Position numbers and translations under genes: made by a program. Of a stretch of DNA of 64,000 nt, positions 50,811 through 63,669 are shown piece after piece. Positions within the stretch are counted from its first letter, which is position 1, and each line of letters opens with the position of its first letter. Under the pieces are notes generated by a model. That model was not told where the DNA came from and did no database searches. It was given only the letters and a program-made list of their open reading frames with translations. This stretch comes from Malacoraja senta (Eukaryota), in assembly GCA_038087875.1 (NCBI GenBank), contig CM075991.1:7690001-7754000 (forward strand). The letters run 5' to 3'.

Positions 50811-51678
50811 CAACTCTACTGTAGAAGGTTGTTGTATCATTGAGAGCTGATCTTACAGAGATAGATCAAAATCATGAGGGGTAGTAGGTATGGTGTCTGG
50901 TCGTGGTCTTTTACCCAGGATAGGGGAATCTAAAACTAAAGGGAATAGATTTCAAGTAAGAGGGGAAAGATTTAAAGGGGAGCTGAGGGACAACTTTTTC
51001 ACAAGAAGGTGGTGGATGAATAGAATGAGCTGCCAGAGGAAGCTATAGAAATAAGCACAATTACATTACTGGACTTTATCTTGCAATAAACATTATATCC
51101 TTTATCAGCTGTGGACGGCTCGATTGTCATCATGTATTGTCTTTCCGCTGATTGGTTAGCAGGCTTTTCACTGTACCTCATTACACCTGAAAATAACCTA
51201 AACTAAATTAAACTGAACTATATATTATTGGTGTGGAAAAGGTTTTGAGGGACACGAGTGAAATACAGTCAAATGGGACTAACACAGATAGACATCTTGG
51301 GTCAAAGGGGCTGTTTTCGTACCGTATGACGTTCATGATTGTATTTCCATTCTTCCCACGTCTTTCAGTTATGGAACATACTGTCTGAAAGATCCGAAGT
51401 CTTTGAGAAGAGACTGAAACGATTAAGCAAATTACTGTCAGTGATGCAAGGGCCAGTTAATGGACTATCTGACAAAAATTGGAATAAAAAGCATTAGCTT
51501 CTGGATGTGCTTAGCTGGTTCAGCATGTAAAAGGTACAGCACGGGAACAGACCATTCGGCCCTTTGACCTCCCTTGGGGAGAGAGAAACGGAGGTTATGG
51601 TTTGTGTCAATGACACCCTTGACCGTCCACCTTAATGGCCTACTCCTGCACCTATTGTCTATTGTCTATTGTCTATTG

Positions 51679-52051
51679 CAGGGGTGGGGAACCTGCGGCC
51701 TTAAGGCCACATGAGGCCTTCTAAGCCATTAAGTGCGGCATTTTTGAATGAATCCAAATTTTGTAGAACAAATCCTTTTATTTTTATTAATATGTTTTTG
51801 TTCGTCTTTTATTATTTTTATTTAAATCTTAAAATGAACGTATTTAAAATACCAAAGAGTAAAAGAAGTTTCAACGAAATAATCCTCCCCGACTGACGGC
51901 CACAATTAAAACATTAGTTCGTCATGAGGGCTATTTTAACAAAATAATGTACATTTTGAAGTGTACATAATTGAAGTTTCTTGGATGCGGCCTTATTAGA
52001 TTACAGCTAACTTGATGCGGCATTCCAACGTGAAAAGGTTCCCCATCCCTG
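51679..52051. mobile_element. hAT-family MITE
   Basis: TIR CAGGGGTGGGGAACCT / AGGTTCCCCATCCCTG, subterminal TGCGGCC motifs, 8-bp TSD GTCTATTG at 51671-51678 and 52052-52059. Confidence 0.9.
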
Positions 52052-52350
52052 GTCTATTGTCTATTAAAAGTAGCAATTAGTGTAAGAGTGTAATAATAAG
52101 GAACTTTAGATGCTGGTTCATAGCAAAGATGCTGAATTAACTCAGCGGATCATGTCTGATGCAGCAATATTGCCTGACCCTCTGAGTTACTCCAGCATAT
52201 ACTGGATCTTGTAGGAGGTTTTTGACGTGGGTGTTCAAAGCCAAAAGGATTTGATAGAATAGATAGGACAGAATGGTCAGTGACTAGGAAAAATATTTTC
52301 AAGGAGATTCCGGGTGAAATCAGGAAAATCGAGGTGATTCAGGAAATTTC

Positions 52351-52633
52351 AGGCAGCACAGTGGCAGAATGCTGGAGTTACAGCCTTACAGCGTAAGAGA
52401 CGCAGGTTCGATCCTGACTCCGGGTGCTGTCTGTACGTGGTTTGTATGTTCATGACCGCGTGGGTTTCCCGCGTGAGCTCCGGTTTCCTCCCCCACTCAG
52501 ACGTACAGGCTTGCAGGTTAATTGGCTTTGGTAAAATTGTAAGTTGTTCCTCGTGTGTGCAGAATAGTGGGGGGATCGCAGAGTCGGAAAGTCGAAGGGC
52601 CTGTTTCGGCGCTGTATCTCTGAACTAAACTAA
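52351..52633 (+). mobile_element. HE1-like V-SINE (diverged)
   Basis: B-box GGTTCGATCC, V-domain, tail. Confidence 0.8.
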
Positions 52634-54752
52634 AAAAGATTGGCGACTGTAGATGTGACATGCAAAAATATTTATTTTATAGAACTCGTTGTAATATGGA
52701 GGCAGCAGTGAAAGCAGCAGTACTGAAATGAGATTTGAATGAACTCGCAAAGGGACGAAAATTACAGGGCTGTGGGGAAAGTGCAGTGGAGTGGAATCAT
52801 TCGAATGACTCCACCAAAAAGATGGCAGAGGCATGAATGACTAAATGTCTCCCTTCCCTGTTGTTCTACAATTCTAATGAAGGCTACCATCTAAGTAAGT
52901 ACCAGAATTGCAATTGCTTCCTCTCCATTGCCTGCGGCTGGGCATCTTTCCCAGAACGGTCTCTTTTGCTTTGATGGCTTTTATGATCAAATAGTTTGGC
53001 AGTACACCTGATCAAGTTTAGCATTTACATACTGAGTTGATGGGTTTGTTGGAGAAATGGTGATATAGCAGTTGAAGCACGCACACATTCCCTTTTCACT
53101 GTGAGTGCTTCAACTGGGTTGTTGAATGACAATAGTTGTTAGATATTTATTCACATTGTAAGTGTTTGAGTTGTTTATGTTTATGCATATAACTTTGTCT
53201 GTTTGCAGTTCACACAGTGTACCAATGTTGCAGCTACATTGTGTGCAGGAAGGAACTGCAGATGCTGGTTTACACCAAAAATAGACACAAAGTGCTGGAG
53301 CAACTCAGCGGTCAGGCAGCTTCTCTGGAGAATATGGTCAGGTGACGCTTTGGGTTGGGACCTTTCTTACACAAAGTGCTAGAGTAACTCAGCGGGTCAG
53401 ACAGCATCGGTGTAACTCAGCTGCCTGACCCGCTGAGTTACACCAGAACTTTGTGTCCTTTTCTGGTGCCTGATTTGACGTGCACCACAGGAGACATGCG
53501 GCCTTTTTAAAGCCACACACCAGAGGGTTAACACGAGTGAAGTGGTGACAATGGCAAGGGGAACATAGCAGTGAGGGAAAAGATTATGTGAATATTTAAA
53601 GTGGAATGTTGAAGTATCATGACATAAATCGCTGAAGTATACAATATTTTATTTGCCTGTGCTTATTATTGAGTTTAATTTGAAAGCGCCTCAGGAGATC
53701 GGCACCAAAATAGCCCATGAGTTCTGCTGGCAGGCAGCAGAGTTGGACTGAGAATGTCTCAAACTCCACACACTCGCTTGTCATGTACAGCGACACCTAG
53801 CTGGGTAATTTTTAGATAATGGTTTACAACGTCCCTAAATTATTGCCGTGGAGACACTTAAGCGATAAAGGGGAAAGCAAACAACATTCGCCAAAGAGAG
53901 TTCCATTTGATTGAGAGAGAAGTGTTTTCACCCACGACATACAAACACCATTGTGGCATTGCCAGTTAATCAGAATCTTAGTTCACACGATGTCAGGTGC
54001 ATTCATCGTGTGCATCTGAAGCATGCATTGTTCTTCAGGACAATTAGGACTGGAGCCAAGAGCAGAATAAAGCAACAACTCGGCAGATTGTATGCAATGT
54101 TATTCTCAGATTGGTATTAAATCTGCGGTAACAATATCTCGTTAACTTCTAATATCGGGTGATAAACATTTCGAGACATCTATTGTTATAATCCAAAGTG
54201 ATCAAGTCAGGACTCCAGAGGGTTTCATTGTCATTGATACAGGCAATGGAACAAATAAATTCCGACTGGCTGCAGCTTAAGAGACCTATTGTCACAATAA
54301 CATAAAAAATAAACATACAATAATCAACAATGCAATAATCACATTCATCCTGACCACTGATAGCAAGAATAATTGTAGTCTCGTTCATTCACTGTAAGTT
54401 GCCACTGCTGGCACAGATAACACTTAGACACAGCATGCTGGAGTACCTCAGCGGGCTAGGCAGCGTCTCTGGAGAAAAGGAATAGGTGACGTTTCGGATC
54501 GAAACCCTTCTTCAGTCTGAAGAACAGTTTCGACCCGAAACGTCACCTATCCATGTTCTCCAGAGATGTAGTCTGACCTGCTGAGTTACTCCAGCATTTT
54601 GTGTTTAACTTCAGTGTAAACCAGCATCTGCAGTTCCTTCCTACACATTCTGTCCATTCCTGTTGCTCCAGGGAAGCTGTTGCTGAGTTTCCTCCTTGAA
54701 GCACTGAAGTGAAAGCGCCCAACAGTTTCATACAATCGGGTGAAGTCCACAA

Positions 54753-55560
54753 AAAGATACAAAGTGCTGGGGTGATTCAACGAGGCAGACAGCATCTCTG
54801 GAGACCATGGATAGGTGATGTTTCAGGTTTGGACCCGTCTTCAGGCTGATTGTAGAGTGGGGGAGGGGCAGAAAGCTGGAAGAGAGGAGAGAGAGGCAGG
54901 ACAAAGCAACAGGTAATAGGTTGATACAGGTGAAGGGGGACGGGGTTGATAGGCAGGCGGTTGGACATGGCCAGGGATGAAAAGACAGAAAGTGTGAGAC
55001 AAAAGGATTGAAGAGTTACGAATTGTGAAGAGAGAGGAAGGAATGTAGATGGAAGGGGAGGGGAGAAATGGGTGCGTGGCCAGGTGGGCCATGGAGGAAA
55101 GTGGGGTGGGGGGGGGTTAAGAAGGGGGGGGGGTGGGGAAGCAGGAAGCAGGGTTGTAGTCATCTAAAAATGGGGTGTAAGCTACCCAAGTGGAATATGA
55201 GGTACTGTTCCTCCAGTTTGCATGTGGCCTCACAAAGCATTGGAGGATGCCCAGGCCTGAAAGGTCAAAATGGGAATGGGAAGAGTTAAAATAGTTAGCA
55301 ACTGGAAGATTAAATAGGTCTTGGCTGACCGAACGTAAATGTTAGGTGTAATGGTTGCCGGGTCTACGTTCGGTCATGTCGATGTACAGGGGGCAACATT
55401 GGGAACATTGGATACAGTCGATGAGGTTAGAGGCGGTGCACGTGAATCTCTATCTCACCCAGGGACCGCTGGGGTCCGGGATGGAGGTGAGGGCGAAGGT
55501 ATAGGGACAGATAGGGATATCTCCTGTGTTGGCAAGGGAAAATACTTGGGGAGGGGATGG
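54753..55560 (-). mobile_element. Older Penelope-like 3' fragment (GIY-YIG remnant plus long pLTR)
   Basis: Antisense ..FTC.ASNLI.CI..YI..T.RR.. remnants and pLTR tail. Confidence 0.7.
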
Positions 55561-56235
55561 TTTGGGTGGTCAAGGCTTTTAGACCTTCTTTCCGTTGGCA
55601 GGGGTGAAACGAGAGCAAGGCCAGGGTGGTGTGGATCTTTGATGATGATGGCTGCCATTTTGAGGCAGTGCCACGTGTAGATCCCTTTGATGGTTGGAGT
55701 TCAATATCCATGATGGACCGGGCAATGTCTACCACTCATTGTGATCCCCTTCATTCCTGAGACAAGGAACATAGTATTAAGGGGGATAATCGTACGTGAT
55801 TGTATTAAATGACAGAGAAATTCAAAGGTCTAAATGGCCTCCTTTTGCTCTTATTTTCCATATTTCGCTGTTTCTGTTTGAACCACATCACCGAATTCTA
55901 TGAATGTTTACAACAATTCACTATTTTATTGGTGATTATGATGGATGTTAGCTTAATGAATTAATTAGTAGGTATTGTGACTGTAAGTGGACATTTCCAG
56001 GATTAAGTCAAATGAAGTTGAGTTTATTATCTAATGCACAAGGATAGTGAGATACAGGTACCGTGAGCATTTTGCTTGCAGAAGCATCACAGACACACAG
56101 ACTCAGATAAACATGTAAAAAGATCAATCATTCATAAAATGTTCATGAATTACACATTAAAATTCTGCAAGACAGCAAACGGGAAAAGACCACCAAAAAT
56201 AACATCAATGCAAAAAAACAACTAGAGGATCAACA

Positions 56236-56658
56236 GGTTTCTCAGTTGCCCAGTTGCTCAGCACTTTAACTCCCCCTCCCATTCCCAATCTGACCTTTCT
56301 GTCCTGGGCCTCCTCCATTGTCAGAGTGAGGCCCAGCGCAAATTGGAGGAACAGCACCTCATATTTCTCTTGGGGAGTTCACACCCCAGCGGTATGAACA
56401 TTGACTTCTCTAACTTCAAATAGCCCTTGCTTTCACTCTCTCTCCATCCCCACCCCCTTCCCAATTCTCCCACCAGCCTTACTGTCTCCGACTACATTCT
56501 ATCTCCGTCCCGCCCACTCCCCTGACATCAGTCTGAAGGAGGGTCTCGGAAATGTCACCTATCCATTTTTTCCAGATATGCTGCCTGCCCCTTTGAGTTA
56601 CTCCAGCATTCTGTGTCTACCTTCGATTTAAACCAGCATCAGCAGTTCTTTCCTACAC
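56236..56658 (+). mobile_element. Penelope-like 3' fragment
   Basis: VAQHFNSPSHS..RKLEEQHLIF..PSGMNIDFSNFK then pLTR. Confidence 0.85.
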
Positions 56659-57741
56659 ATCAACAAGTCCCTGGTAGTGCAAGAGGTGGTCTATTGTTTT
56701 CCACTATGGAGGTAGTAATAGGGTTGTGTGGGTTAGTTAATCACTCAGAAGGCTGCCGGTTCTCATATTAATCATTGCATTTAAGGTTATGTTGCTGGAT
56801 AACAGTGCAATGGGATCATTGGGCACCAGTTTCAATGTGATTTGATATTTCCAGTATGGGGTAACTGCACAGTCTGATAGCAAGAAGAATTGCAGTCTCG
56901 TTCATTCCCTGTGAGTGGATACTGCTGGCATAGATGGCACTTTCTATCCATTCCCAAGATAGACACAAAATGCTGGAGTAACTCAACAAGTCAGGCAGTG
57001 TCTCTGGAGAAAATGGATAGGTGACGTTTCAGGTCGAAATCCTTCTTCAATCACCTGTCCATTTTCTCCAGAGATGCTGCCTGACCAACTGAGTTGTCAA
57101 CATTGTCAACTCGTGCTGTTCGATTCCACTGTTTAATTGTAGAATCGAGGGACTGCAGATGCTGGTTTACAAAAGAAGACAGAAAGTAGTTAAGAGTTTA
57201 AGAAGGAACTGCAGATGCTGGAAAATCGAAGGTAGACAAAAGTGCTGGAGAAACTCAACGGGTGCAGCAGCATCTATGGAGCGAAGGAAATGTAATGTAA
57301 TGCGAAGGCACAAAATAATTAGTCGGGACCCATCTTCAGATCCGAAACATCACCTTATCCATGTTCTCCAGAATTGCTGCCTGATCCGCTGAGTTACTCC
57401 GGCACTTTGTGCCTTCTGTTAAATTTCCACGTGTACTGACACGACACAGCTCATCTTGTCGTACAATACAGGCAGTCCCCGGGTTATGTCAGGACGCCAT
57501 TCCTGAGAATAGTCTGTAAGACGGTTTCTCCATAAGTCAAACATGTCCGTTGTCATATCGTTCTACATGTACTGTCTATAATTCTTTAATTTTACTGAAT
57601 TTTCAGCCTAATGCTACCTATAAATAAACAGAGGTGACTGTGCCACTCTGCCGTCTCCTATCTCTTCGCTTCGTGTCTTCAATGATGCTGCCTAACCTAT
57701 TTCAGCGATGCTGGGTATCCCCGGCATCTTCCGACATAGAC

Positions 57742-58355
57742 AACTGTACCTCCTCCAACCTCATCTACTGTATCCCCAATTCCAGGTGTGGACTCCCAAA
57801 TATCGTAGAGTCCAGGCGCAGGCTCTGTGATTATTTTACTGAACACGTCCGCTCAGTCCACCTAAACCTACCCGATCTCCCTGTCGCTAAACACTTTAAC
57901 GCCTCCCATTCCCACACTGACCTTTCTGTCCTGGGCCTCCTCCATTGTCAGAGTGAGGCCCAGCGCAAATTGGAGGAACACCACCTCATTTTTCGCTGGG
58001 GCAGCTTACACCCCAGCGGTATGAACATTGTCTTCTCTAACTTCAAGTAACCCTTGCTTTCCCTCTCTCTCTCCATCAATCCCCATCCCAGTTCTCCGAC
58101 CAGTCTGACTGTCCCCGATTACATTGTATCTGTTTGCTTTGCGCTTGCCTTCTCCTAGCTAACAATGATCTATTCTAAATTTTTTCTTCATTTCCATCCC
58201 CTTTGACTCATTTTCACACCTTACTCTGCCTTACCCTGTGTCTCCCTCTCCCCTGACTCTCAGTCTGAAGAAGGGTCTCGACCCAAAACATCACCCATTC
58301 CTTCTATCCAGAGATGCTGCCCATCCCGCTGAGTCACTGTAGCATTTTGTGTCTA
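57742..58355 (+). mobile_element. Penelope-like 3' fragment (degenerate GIY-YIG plus pLTR)
   Basis: CTSSNLIYCI..EH.RSV..PVAKHFN..PSGMN. Confidence 0.85.
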
Positions 58356-59883
58356 AATCAGTGTCTCCAATTCCTTCCTGCCCAGCTTTTTCTGCTTTTA
58401 TTTCAGATTTTCGGCATCTGCAGGTTTTTGCTCTTCAATCATTGCTGAGAATGCCATTTGCCAGCGTGGCTCAGAGTACTACGGAACGTAACAGGCACAG
58501 ATCACCTTGTGAAAGAACAGCAGCTGGATAACACTGGCAGCCGGTGAGCTGGCGTGCTTGTTTGTTTTGAAGCGCAGGAGACTGGCATGTTTACAATACA
58601 GATGTAAATGCTTTAAATCACGAAATAAAACCCAAAAGACTGTGTACTCTGACAGGACTTGTGGGAGGAAAATTCTTACAGCGATCTGGGGAAATATTTT
58701 AAAATAAGGCAGAGTGTGGCAGGGGTGGGGGGAGCTGATTGAAATGTTACAAATCTCTGAAACTTCAGACTGTGATTCGGAGATTTGTTACGACAATATG
58801 TGTTCAAAGGCAGAATGTAACATGTTCATGCTGGCTGTCTCTGAGATGGGGCTGTCGGGAGCGGAGTCGACACACGAGTCACACACGTGCTCCCTGATTT
58901 CCATTCATGGACAGTGAATTTTAAGCGCACGGGTGAGAAAGTTCACCGTCAAGTTGATGTCAGAAGAAAGGAAGGAGGAAAGACAAAACGTGTTGGGTGA
59001 AACTGCAGATGCTGGTTTAAACCGAAGACAAACACAAAACGCTGAAGCAACTCAGCGGGTCGGGCAGCATCCACACTGACAACAACCAAGATGCGGGCCG
59101 GTTGAACCCAGGTCTCTGGCACTATGAGGCTGCAGCACTACCAGCTGTGCCACTGTGCTTCCCTAAATGGTCACACACACCACTTAGCTACTATGGACTG
59201 CGTATAAGATTGCAACACATACCCCACCTTGTACTATTAAGGTCAGGTTATTTAGTATAACTGATAATGGAATTATTATTTATTGCATATTTGCTTGGTG
59301 CAGTGTTGTGTTAATGTCCCTGCAAAGCAGCAGCAAGGAAGAATTTAATTGTTCTGGTCCAAATGCATATGACAATTAAACGTTCTTGACTCTTTAGCAG
59401 AAACACCAAGTGCTGGAGGAACTCAACTGGTCAGGCCACATCTGTGGAGGGAATGGATGGCTGGCGTTTCGGGTCAGGACCCATCCTCAGACAGAAAGAT
59501 CCTTCCTGACCCGAAACATCATCTATCGATGAGAAGGTTCACCAGACTGATTCCTGGGATGGCAGGACTTTCATATGAAGAAAGGCTGGATAGACTCGGC
59601 TTGTACTCACTAGAATTTAGAAGTTTGAGGGGGGATCTTATAGAAACGTACAAAATTCTTAAGGGGTTGGACAGGCTAGATGCATGAAGATTGTTCCCGA
59701 TGTTGGGGAAGTCCAGAACAAGGGGTCACAGTTTAAGGATAAGGGGGAAGTCTTTTAGGACCGAGATGAGAATTTTTTTTTCACACAGAGAGTGGTGAAT
59801 CAGTGGAATTCTCTGCCACAGAAGGTAGTTGAGGCCAGTTCATTGACTATATTTAAGGCAAGGCAAGGCAAGTTTATTTGTAT

Positions 59884-60010
59884 TAAAGAAGGAACTGCAG
59901 ATGCTGGAAAATCGAAGGTACACAAAAATGCTGGAGAAACTCAGCGGGTGCAGCAGCATCTATGGAGCGAAGGAAATAGGTAACGTTTTGGGCCGAAACC
60001 CTTCTTCAGA
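59884..60010 (-). mobile_element. Penelope pLTR tail inserted into the L2 tail
   Basis: 15-bp TSD CAAGTTTATTTGTAT at 59869-59883 and 60011-60025. Confidence 0.85.
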
Positions 60011-60244
60011 CAAGTTTATTTGTATAGCACCTTTCAACCACAAGGTAATTCAAAGTGCTTTACATAAAACATTTAAAGCATTTGAAAGAAACACATATAA
60101 AATGACATTTAAATATAAAATGATTATTAGATTATTCAGATAAAATAATTACAAAATTAAAGCAATCAAATAAAATATTTTAAATAGAATAAAACCAGGA
60201 ATAGAAGTTAAAGTGCAGTATAGGTAATTAATAAATTGTATTGT

Positions 60245-60979
60245 TTACTGAAAGGCAGCAGCAAACAGAAAAGTCTTCAGTCTAGATTTAAAAGAGCTGA
60301 GAGTTGCAGCAGACCTGCAGTTTTCTGGGAGTTTGTTCCAGATATGTGGTGCATAAAAACTAAATGCTGCCTCTCCATGTTTAGTTCTGACTCTGGGGAC
60401 ACAGAGCAGACCCGTCCCAGACGATCTGAGAGGTCTGGGTGGTTCGTAGCTAAGCAGAAGATCAGAAATGTATTTTGGCCCTAAACCATTCAGTGCTTTG
60501 TAAACCAACAGTAGTATTTTGAAATCAATCCTTTGACAGACGGGAAGCCAGTGTAAAGACCTCAGAACTGGAGTAATGTGATCTACTTTTGTGGTCTTAA
60601 TGAGGACTCGAGCAGCAGCGTTCTGAATTAACTGCAGCTGTCTGATCGACTTTTTAGGGAGACCTGTAAAGACACTGTTACAGTAGTCGAGCCTGCTGAA
60701 GATAAATGCATGGACAAGTTTTTCCAAATCCTGCTGAGACATAAGTCCTTTAATCCTTGATATATTCTTTAGGTGATAGTAGGCTGACTTTGTGACGGTT
60801 TTTATGTGTCGGTTGAAGTTCAGGTCTGAGTCCATGACTACTCCTAAGTTTCTGGCTTGGTTTGTTGTTTTTAGCATTACCATTTGAAGCTGGGTGCTAA
60901 CTTTTAATCGTTCTTCCTTGGCTCCAAAAACAATTATTTCAGTTTTTTCTTTGTTTAATTGGAGAAAATTCTGGTTCAT
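60245..60979 (-). pseudogene. L2 ORF2 C-terminal region (244 aa, open up to the 5' truncation point)
   Basis: LQLN..KTE, ARNLGV, VHAFIFSRLDYCNS, LQLIQNAAARVL, HITPVLRSLHWLPV, WNKLP L2 motifs. Confidence 0.9.
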
Positions 60980-61567
60980 CCAATCGTTGATTTGCTCAAT
61001 GCATCTACTCAGTGCTTGTATTGGACTATAGTCTCCTGGTGATATTGTTATGTAGATTTAAGCGGGAGTTAGATCTGGCCCTTGTGGCTAAAGGGATCAG
61101 GGGTATGGAGAGAAGGCAGGTAAGTTGGATGATCAGCCATGATCATATTGAAGGGCCGAATGGCCTACTCCTGCACCTATTTTCTATGTTTCTATGATCA
61201 GCCATGATCATATTGAATCGTGTTCAGGGTTTGAAGAAGGGTCTTGTCCCGAAATGTCTCAAATCCATGTTCTCCAGAGATGCTGCCTGACCCACTGAGT
61301 CACTCCAGCACTTTGTGTCTTTTCTTTCTAGAAATATCCAGGTTAGAGCCTGAAAAGAAGTGTCTCCACCCAAAATGTTGCCTGTCCATTCCCTCCGCAG
61401 ATGCAGTCTGGCCTGCTGAGTTAGTCCAACACTCTGTGTTCTGCTTAAGATTCCAGCATCTGAACTTCATTGTGTCTCCAGAAATATTCACCCAGCCGGT
61501 TGACACAGCTCATCGTCCCAGCTACAGTGATACAGAAGCTTCAACAAGCATGAATCACCAATTGATT

Positions 61568-61942
61568 TGTGCAGGAAGGAAATAGACACAAAATGCTGGA
61601 GTAACTCAGCGGCATAGGCAGTATCTCTGGATAGAAGGAGTGGGCGAGGTTTCGGGTCGAGACCCTTCTTCAGACTGAGTCAGGGGAGGGGGGAGACACA
61701 GAGATAAGGAAGTGTAAGGGAAATCTGTTTGCTTTGTTGTTACCTTCTGCGAGCTAACAATAATATTTTCCACATTTTCCTTGATCGCTGTCACTTTTGT
61801 CTCGTTTTCACACCCTACACTTTCTTATCTCTATCTCCCTCTCCCCTGATTCAGGCTGAAGAAGGGTCTCGACCCGAAACGTCACCCCTTCCTTCCATCC
61901 AGAGATACTGCCTGACCCACTGAGTTACTCCAGCATTTTGTG
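61568..61942. mobile_element. Palindromic Penelope pLTR pair
   Basis: Inverted arms; flanking CACCAATTGATTTGT repeated at ~61557 and ~61948. Confidence 0.8.
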
Positions 61943-62009
61943 TTTCTCACCAATTGATTTGTTCTTCCCTGCAGTTGCTTGGAAAGGGAGAATGTGGGGG
62001 GGTATACAC

Positions 62010-62145
62010 ATGTTGACCAACTCACTGGGAGAATTCCTTCCCAACATTGCTGTGAGATATTCCAACCTCACCGTGAGGCGTCGTGTCAGCTTTTGGTTTA
62101 ACACCTCATTAGCGAAGTTTTCATCAGCGAGACCGCCTTCCAACT
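62010..62145 (-). mobile_element. Degenerate DeuSINE fragment
   Basis: GGGAGAATTCC..GAGATATT..GGTTTAACACCTCAT resembles 45361-45520. Confidence 0.4.
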
Positions 62146-62893
62146 AAGCAGATTGGGCTTTTTGTTTGATCTTCCTGCCTTCTGATTCATATGTAGCCGA
62201 TGCAAGCTGTTACTGTGTAACAGGCACTGCGCTACATTCATCACAAGTCCGGAATTTTCGTGCCGAACTGGTCTTGGGAACGAAATATGTAGGAAGGAAC
62301 TGGCTTAATCCGAAGTCAAGACACAGAAAGCTGGAGTAACTCAGCGGGTCAGGCAGCTTCTCTGGAGAGAAGGAATGGGTGAGGTTTCGGGTCGAGACCC
62401 TTCTTCAGACTGAGAGCCAGAGGACTAAACAGCACTAAGCGCGGTGCTAATCCCACCATGCATGTTATTTGTCGTGGACCCACTTTAATAACACCGCCTC
62501 GTTCAATTTGGAACCGAGCCCGTAGTAAACCACACCTCAAATGACAAACACTTCATTAATCTAGGCGTCTTGTGCTGATTTGTACCACATAACATTTACA
62601 ATCTTTCCAACACAAAATATATTCAGTTATTTTTAACCACACATTCTCTGCTTATTTCCCCTTATTTATGAATGTCAACACTATCTCTTGTAAACCAGCG
62701 TCTGCGGTTCATTATGTCTTCGCTTCTGTCTTTGCCTCTGACCAGGTGAAAGATCGCAAGCATCCCTTCTCCTTGCGCGTTGCGAGGTTAAGCAACAAGT
62801 TTACTGAGTAACGCCAGCGGTGCATAAGCAGAGCACGCAGAGACACACAAACTTTGGTAAGCATGGTCCGAGCTCTAACGGTTAATGCTGGTG

Positions 62894-62925
<32 letters not shown>

Positions 62926-63229
62926 CGGCCCCGTGTTGCTTTGCAATGCTGTCGATTCTTAAATAAGCCCTGTAACCTGTTCCATCTTTCGCAGTGGGTG
63001 CAAAGAGGCAACTGTCGTTTCATTCTGACCCTTCAGACAGATACACCCTGATTGCTTGCAGGGCAAAAAATAGCATATTTCAACACTTTCCCCACATTTT
63101 CTTCTCCCAGGTGATTTATTGCAAGTCCTCACTTTGATCCTGATCAGCACTGATGCCTCTGGCTGCATTTTCCTCCCTCTCCCTCTCCTTATTTACAGCA
63201 GTTTCAATGCTGCAAAACAGCAGCTCACG

Positions 63230-63560
63230 TCTCAACCTAGCCTGCCCGGGAGAGGCAGCGAAGATCCCGCCCCTCCGCTCCCATTGGCCGCCGGCAGCCC
63301 GTGGCGCCCAGCTCACGGCGCCGATTGGCGGAGCTCGCTGTCCGTCACCGCCTCCCAGCAGGTTAGGCTGCGCGCAGCAGGTTGCAAAAGGAGTCCTGGA
63401 TTTCGCCGGCCGAGACGGAGTGCCTCTGTGGTGTCAGGTGCGGGCTGCCAGCGCGGCGCGAAAGGACCCGCTGCCGCACGGCCGCGCACCCCACCGACCC
63501 CAACACGCCCCGATATCGATAGAGTTAAAGAAGACGCAGTGTTTGCGAAGGTTTTCTTTC
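63230..63560 (+). promoter_or_regulatory. CpG-island-like promoter / 5' UTR region
   Basis: Non-repetitive, CpG-dense; GC box CCCGCCCC 63266-63273; inverted CCAAT boxes at 63283 and 63324; CGTCA half-CRE at 63343. Confidence 0.65.
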
Positions 63561-63614
63561 CCTCTCGCCCAGGGACCATCAAGAGAAGGGGACCATGGAG
63601 AGCTGCTCCTGAGA

Positions 63615-63669
63615 ATGTGCTGCTGGTTGCTGTCATTGACTCTCTGCGCCATAAGTCGAGGGGAGAAAG
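63615..63669 (+). CDS. Probable first coding exon encoding a signal peptide (MCCWLLSLTLCAISRGEK), gene unidentified
   Basis: Hydrophobic core with small residues at -3/-1 (S-R-G); strong phase-1 donor AAG|GTAAGG at 63670; pyrimidine tract plus CAG acceptor at 63551-63572. Confidence 0.5.

Larger units (their letters stand above)
59858..61055 (-). mobile_element. L2-clade LINE, 5'-truncated, young
   Basis: (CTTGC)n tail, 7-bp TSD ATTTAAG at 59851-59857 and 61056-61062, uninterrupted ORF. Confidence 0.92.
59528..61196 (+). mobile_element. CR1 3' fragment split by an L2
   Basis: RRFTRLIPGMAGLSYEERL.. to 59857; resumes at 61063 (CGGGAGTTAGATCTGGCC). Confidence 0.9.

Noticed and set aside
63283..63328. 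ER-stress element (CCAAT-N9-CCACG)
   Set aside because: The CGTGG and ATTGG motifs are not at the required 9-nt spacing.
63615..63669. Naming the gene as an EGFR/INSR-family receptor because of the LC..SR..EK|G exon end
   Set aside because: The resemblance is too short, and signal-peptide exons with phase-1 introns are common.
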